Shown here: positions 60,515 to 64,000 of the stretch, in pieces
How the letters are laid out: every line of letters begins with the position of its first letter
Position numbering within the stretch: the first letter of the stretch is position 1
Assembly: GCA_965205265.1 (NCBI GenBank)
Contig: CBDBGH010000003.1
Span: forward strand, 4,736,001-4,800,000
Direction of reading: 5' to 3'
Source of the DNA: Alphaproteobacteria bacterium
GTDB lineage: Bacteria > Pseudomonadota > Alphaproteobacteria > Bin95
DNA: 64,000 nt
Made by a program: the position numbers and the translations under genes
Notes under the pieces: model-generated
What the model was told of the DNA's origin: nothing
The model's database searches: none
Seen by the model: the letters and a program-made list of their open reading frames with translations, nothing else

Positions 60515-61330
60515 ATGGGCCGGGAGATCGAGATCGACGGATACAGGGCTGCGGTGGAACGCGACCCGGAGTGCTCGGCGCCCTGGAAGAGGGGATGGCA
60601 ATTCCCGCCGGTTCTCCTGTTCAGGGGGTCGATGCCGCCCGGGAAATTCCCGGAGGGCCCGGCGACCCGCCGGTTCCCGGGCGGCAGCGACCCGTGGAGC
60701 CAGTTCGGCGAGCATGGTGACCGGGACCTGGAGGGCCCTCTCGGCGTGATCGACGAAGCGCGGCTCGAGGACCCTGTACTGGCGAACGCCGTGCTTGAGG
60801 CTGCCGGTGTTTACGACGAGGACTTCGAGGATTTTCTCGAGGCCGAGGGGTTCTGTCTCGACCGGGGCCGCAGCTACCCCGATGCGATCACGGGGGTTGT
60901 CGCGGAGACTCTGGCGGATTTCCGGCCGGGGGTCTGGTCCCTGGGCGTGGGCGAGTATCTGGACCGCCTGGCGGCGATCTACGACGCAGTCGGCGTCCCG
61001 AACGCCCGGTTCCCGCTCGAAACGGGTGCGGGGCGCAGCGAGGCGCTGATGGTGCTTACGGAGAACTGGCTCTCGCAGAATGCGGGAGCGAAGCCGAATA
61101 TCGAACGCCTCCTGCGCGTCGAGGCGAACTCGGCCCGCCGGGAGATCGAGCGGTATGTCAACGGCGAGGTCTTCCGGGCCTGGGTGGTCACGCCGGAAGG
61201 CGGCAAGTTCCTCTGCGCCGGGATCTATGGCGAGGAGGAGATCGAGGACAGGGTCCGCGATATGGTCGGGTATCTGAAGAACCAGGGCCGGGAGGCCGGG
61301 CCTTTGGCCGGTGCCGGCCTGGAGCCCTGA
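60515..61330 (+). CDS. Hypothetical protein, paralogue 1
   Basis: GGGAG RBS; shares motifs with the next gene. Confidence 0.75.
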   Translation: MGREIEIDGYRAAVERDPECSAPWKRGWQFPPVLLFRGSMPPGKFPEGPATRRFPGGSDPWSQFGEHGDRDLEGPLGVIDEARLEDPVLANAVLEAAGVYDEDFEDFLEAEGFCLDRGRSYPDAITGVVAETLADFRPGVWSLGVGEYLDRLAAIYDAVGVPNARFPLETGAGRSEALMVLTENWLSQNAGAKPNIERLLRVEANSARREIERYVNGEVFRAWVVTPEGGKFLCAGIYGEEEIEDRVRDMVGYLKNQGREAGPLAGAGLEP

Positions 61331-61345
61331 GCGGGGAGTCGGGCG

Positions 61346-62182
61346 ATGAACGGAACGCCGCTGGAATTCAGCTGGCCGGAGCGGTCGGAGATCGAGGAAG
61401 CGCTGATCCTGGAAAGGGCGCTCGGGATCGGGCCGTTCGAGGTCCTCGTTTGCCAGGACCTGAACGCGGAGCCCGGCCGGAGGAACGACGACACGGACCC
61501 GCCGACCCTGGTGCTGCACGACGGACGGTGGGAATCGCCCGGAGGATATGCGCTCGGCGCACCGTTCGAGACGATCCCCGATCCCGGCGACCTCCCCAGG
61601 GAGCGGATGGAGAGGGTGATGGCGGCGCTCGGCGTGGACGGGGAAGAGTATGCCGATTTCCTGGAGCGGTCCGGGATCGACGGCAGTGCGCCCTTCTCGC
61701 AGACGGAGATGTTCGAGGAGTTCGTGGACTGCCTGCTGGTCGATCTGCGCGGTGTCCCGGCGTTGAAGACGCCGGGCGCGTCCTGCGACGAGTATCTGGA
61801 TGCGCTGAAAGGCGTCTATGAGGCTCTCGGGCTGCCGGCCGGGCGCTTCTCGGTGACGGACAGGTGGCAACGGCACAAGACCGAGTGCCTGGTGGTGTTG
61901 ACGGCCGGGTGGGCGGCCCGGACGTTCGAGGACCGCAAGCTGCCGTCAGGCCAGCTGGAGACGGAGATCCGGATGCTGCGCGAGAGGATGACGCAGCAGG
62001 TCAACGGAGAGATCTACCGCGTGGAGATCAGGGACGCCGATACCGGGGATTCCCTGGATGTCGTGGGTGGCCTCTGGGGCGTTGGGGATGTTGAGGAGCA
62101 TCTGCGCGAAAACCTCCCGGAACTGGCCGAAACGCTTGTGCAACGGCGTGCACCGGAAGGTCTGTCCGACCCCGGCTTATAA
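61346..62182 (+). CDS. Hypothetical protein, paralogue 2
   Basis: YLDALKGVYEALGLPAGRF vs YLDRLAAIYDAVGVPNARF; VNGEIYR vs VNGEVFR; GGLWG vs AGIYG. Confidence 0.75.
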   Translation: MNGTPLEFSWPERSEIEEALILERALGIGPFEVLVCQDLNAEPGRRNDDTDPPTLVLHDGRWESPGGYALGAPFETIPDPGDLPRERMERVMAALGVDGEEYADFLERSGIDGSAPFSQTEMFEEFVDCLLVDLRGVPALKTPGASCDEYLDALKGVYEALGLPAGRFSVTDRWQRHKTECLVVLTAGWAARTFEDRKLPSGQLETEIRMLRERMTQQVNGEIYRVEIRDADTGDSLDVVGGLWGVGDVEEHLRENLPELAETLVQRRAPEGLSDPGL

Positions 62183-62190
62183 CGATTTGC

Positions 62191-62225
62191 TTGACATTGC
62201 AATCCGATTGGCATAGTAATCGGAT
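62191..62225 (+). promoter_or_regulatory. TTGACA promoter overlapped by palindromic operator copy 2
   Basis: TTGACA (62191-62196), then caATCCGATTggcatagtAATCGGATa (62202-62225) covering the spacer and -10 region. Confidence 0.7.
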
Positions 62226-62255
62226 AGCTGTATGCAAGCTGCGGGGAGGCGGCCC

Positions 62256-62474
62256 ATGGACGCTCCGGCCTTTCAGTGCATGACGTGCCGTGCGCCCATA
62301 TCCGAGGAGCGGTTGCGCGAGCGGATGAAGAATCCGCCGGGGCAGTGCGACAATTGCGGCGGCGTGGCGATTCTCCAGGCCGACGGAGGAGAGAGGCTGA
62401 AGGAAATCGCCTCGGAGGTCGGCGTCGGGGTAATGGACGTCGATATGGGCCGTTTCAGGTGGCCGGCATCATGA
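62256..62474 (+). CDS. Small zinc-ribbon protein
   Basis: GGAGG RBS; CMTC...CDNCGG; ATGA overlap with the next gene. Confidence 0.65.
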   Translation: MDAPAFQCMTCRAPISEERLRERMKNPPGQCDNCGGVAILQADGGERLKEIASEVGVGVMDVDMGRFRWPAS

Positions 62475-63304
62475 TTCCTTCCAAGGAAGAGGTTCTTGCG
62501 GTCACGCCGGCGGCGCTTGTCGGCTGGGCGAGGCGAACGGGATGGCGTCACAGGGAGCGGTTCAGATACGCGGAGGTGTTTGCGCATAATGGTGAGGACG
62601 AAACCGTCGTCCTGCCCTGGAAGCGCGATATCGGCGACTATGCGAGCCGGGTCTGGGATGCCGTGAAGATCTTCGCGGCCCAGGCGGAAACCCACGAGCT
62701 GTTCGTGCTGCGCGAACTTCTGGCGGCCGACCGCGACCTGCTGAATGTCGCGGTGACGCGGCAGTCCTCGCGGTCCGGGAATGAGCCGGGAAGCCGGGAG
62801 ATTCTGGACGGTGTCCGTGTGCTGCTCGGCCGCGGCGACGGGGAGGAGGATCCCGTATGGTGGTCCTCGGATGCCGTCGTGGCGCGGCGCGGCCGTTTCT
62901 CGGTGTCGGTCCTGGCGCCTGCAGAGGCAGGAAGCGACCATGACGGCCTTCCGCGCGGCCGGGCTGTCCCGGACCTGATGGCGAAGCTCGGGGCCGCCAG
63001 ACATGCGGTGGACCGCTTCAAGCGGGACCTTCTTCCGGGAGACCCGCTTGAGCCTTCGGTCGCAACGGCCCGGGAAAGGGGTGTCACCGCCGATATGTTC
63101 AGGGTCCTGCGCGAGATGACCCTGGATTTCGGACAGGTCGCCTTCAGCATGGAGGGGGGCTGGAATGTCGCGGCGGAGCCACCGGCGAACGAGGTGGTGT
63201 TCCCGTCCGAGGACTCGCCGCTTCTGGCGATGGCGGAGAGGTGTCTCATGTCTGGGCCTCGGGAGGCGGGGGCCGACGGAGGTCCGGCGCCGGAAGGGCC
63301 GTGA
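62471..63304 (+). CDS. Hypothetical protein (N-terminus loosely HicA-like)
   Basis: LVGWARRTGW...VVLPWKRDIGDYASRVWDAV; coupled to neighbours. The fold is tentative. Confidence 0.65.
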   Translation: MIPSKEEVLAVTPAALVGWARRTGWRHRERFRYAEVFAHNGEDETVVLPWKRDIGDYASRVWDAVKIFAAQAETHELFVLRELLAADRDLLNVAVTRQSSRSGNEPGSREILDGVRVLLGRGDGEEDPVWWSSDAVVARRGRFSVSVLAPAEAGSDHDGLPRGRAVPDLMAKLGAARHAVDRFKRDLLPGDPLEPSVATARERGVTADMFRVLREMTLDFGQVAFSMEGGWNVAAEPPANEVVFPSEDSPLLAMAERCLMSGPREAGADGGPAPEGP

Positions 63305-63308
63305 CGCG

Positions 63309-64000
63309 ATGGCGGACAGCACGAAAATCGAGTGGACGGACGCGACCTGGAATCCGGTGATCGGCTGCCGGGTGCTCACCCCTGGCTGCACGAACTGCTA
63401 TGCCATGCGGCTCGCCGGAGGGCGGTTCCGGAACCATTCGAGCCGGTCCGGGCTGACGAGCAAGAGCCGAGCCGGTCCTGTCTGGACCGGCGAGGTGCGC
63501 TGGAACGAGGCGCGGTACGAGGAGCCGCTGCGCTGGCGGCGGCCCCGGCGGATCTTTGTCGTGGCCCACGGGGACCTGTTCTATGCGCCCCGGAGGTGGA
63601 TCGTGCGGGTCTGGGCGGCGATGACGCTCGCTCCGCAACATTGCTTCCAGGTGCTGACGAAGCGGTCGGCCCGCATGCGGCGGATCCTGAACGACCCGGA
63701 TTTCAGGCGCGAGGTCGAGGAGGAATGCGCCGCCCTGATCCGGCTGCGCAAGCTGCCGGGGAAGGCGCCTGGCCTGCATCCCTCGCGATGGACGGATCCG
63801 GAGGACGGCGTGCCGGAAGCGGCCTCCTGGCCGCCGGACAATATCCATGTCGGGATTTCGGCCGAGGACCAGCCCCGGCTTGAGGAACGCTGGCCCGACC
63901 TGGCGCTGGCGGATGTCGCCCTGCGTTTCATCAGCGCCGAGCCGCTGCTCGGGCGTCTGGATATTACCAGGGTGTCGATCGGCGAAAGACTCGTCGATAT
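63309..64000 (+). CDS. DUF5131 (phage Gp37/Gp68) family protein, runs off window
   Basis: Not in the ORF track: MADSTKIEWTDATWNPVIGCRVLTPGCTNCYAM...IFVVAHGDLF...HCFQVLTKR...RFISAEPLLG. Confidence 0.92.
   Translation, partial: MADSTKIEWTDATWNPVIGCRVLTPGCTNCYAMRLAGGRFRNHSSRSGLTSKSRAGPVWTGEVRWNEARYEEPLRWRRPRRIFVVAHGDLFYAPRRWIVRVWAAMTLAPQHCFQVLTKRSARMRRILNDPDFRREVEEECAALIRLRKLPGKAPGLHPSRWTDPEDGVPEAASWPPDNIHVGISAEDQPRLEERWPDLALADVALRFISAEPLLGRLDITRVSIGERLVD

Overview
High-GC, probably alphaproteobacterial mobile DNA (GapR, GcrA-like and HU homologues) made of two blocks joined by an IS21-family element. The left block (1-8405) is a defence island: a tyrosine integrase, a 1251-aa reverse transcriptase-nitrilase fusion (DRT1/UG1-like) and a convergent type I R-M remnant (truncated hsdM, intact hsdS). 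Behind hsdS is a translationally coupled three-gene cassette: Gly-rich protein, unknown protein, ART/RES-like protein. The right block (11197-64000) is the backbone of a large conjugative element. It has an iteron-type origin whose putative initiator gene is cut by the IS21, a Dot/Icm-type (MPF-I/T4BSS) machine (icmL-K-E-G-C, icmJ, icmB, dotD-C-B-icmT, icmW-like) and a type IVb pilus set. It also carries a strawberry-notch helicase, a PcfJ-like protein, a UvrD-like helicase split by IS1634, a topoisomerase IA, HU, GapR and DUF5131. No rRNA, tRNA or CRISPR array was seen. No coupling protein, DotA, relaxase or secretin was recognised in the window. All product calls come from reading motifs by eye; no searches were run.
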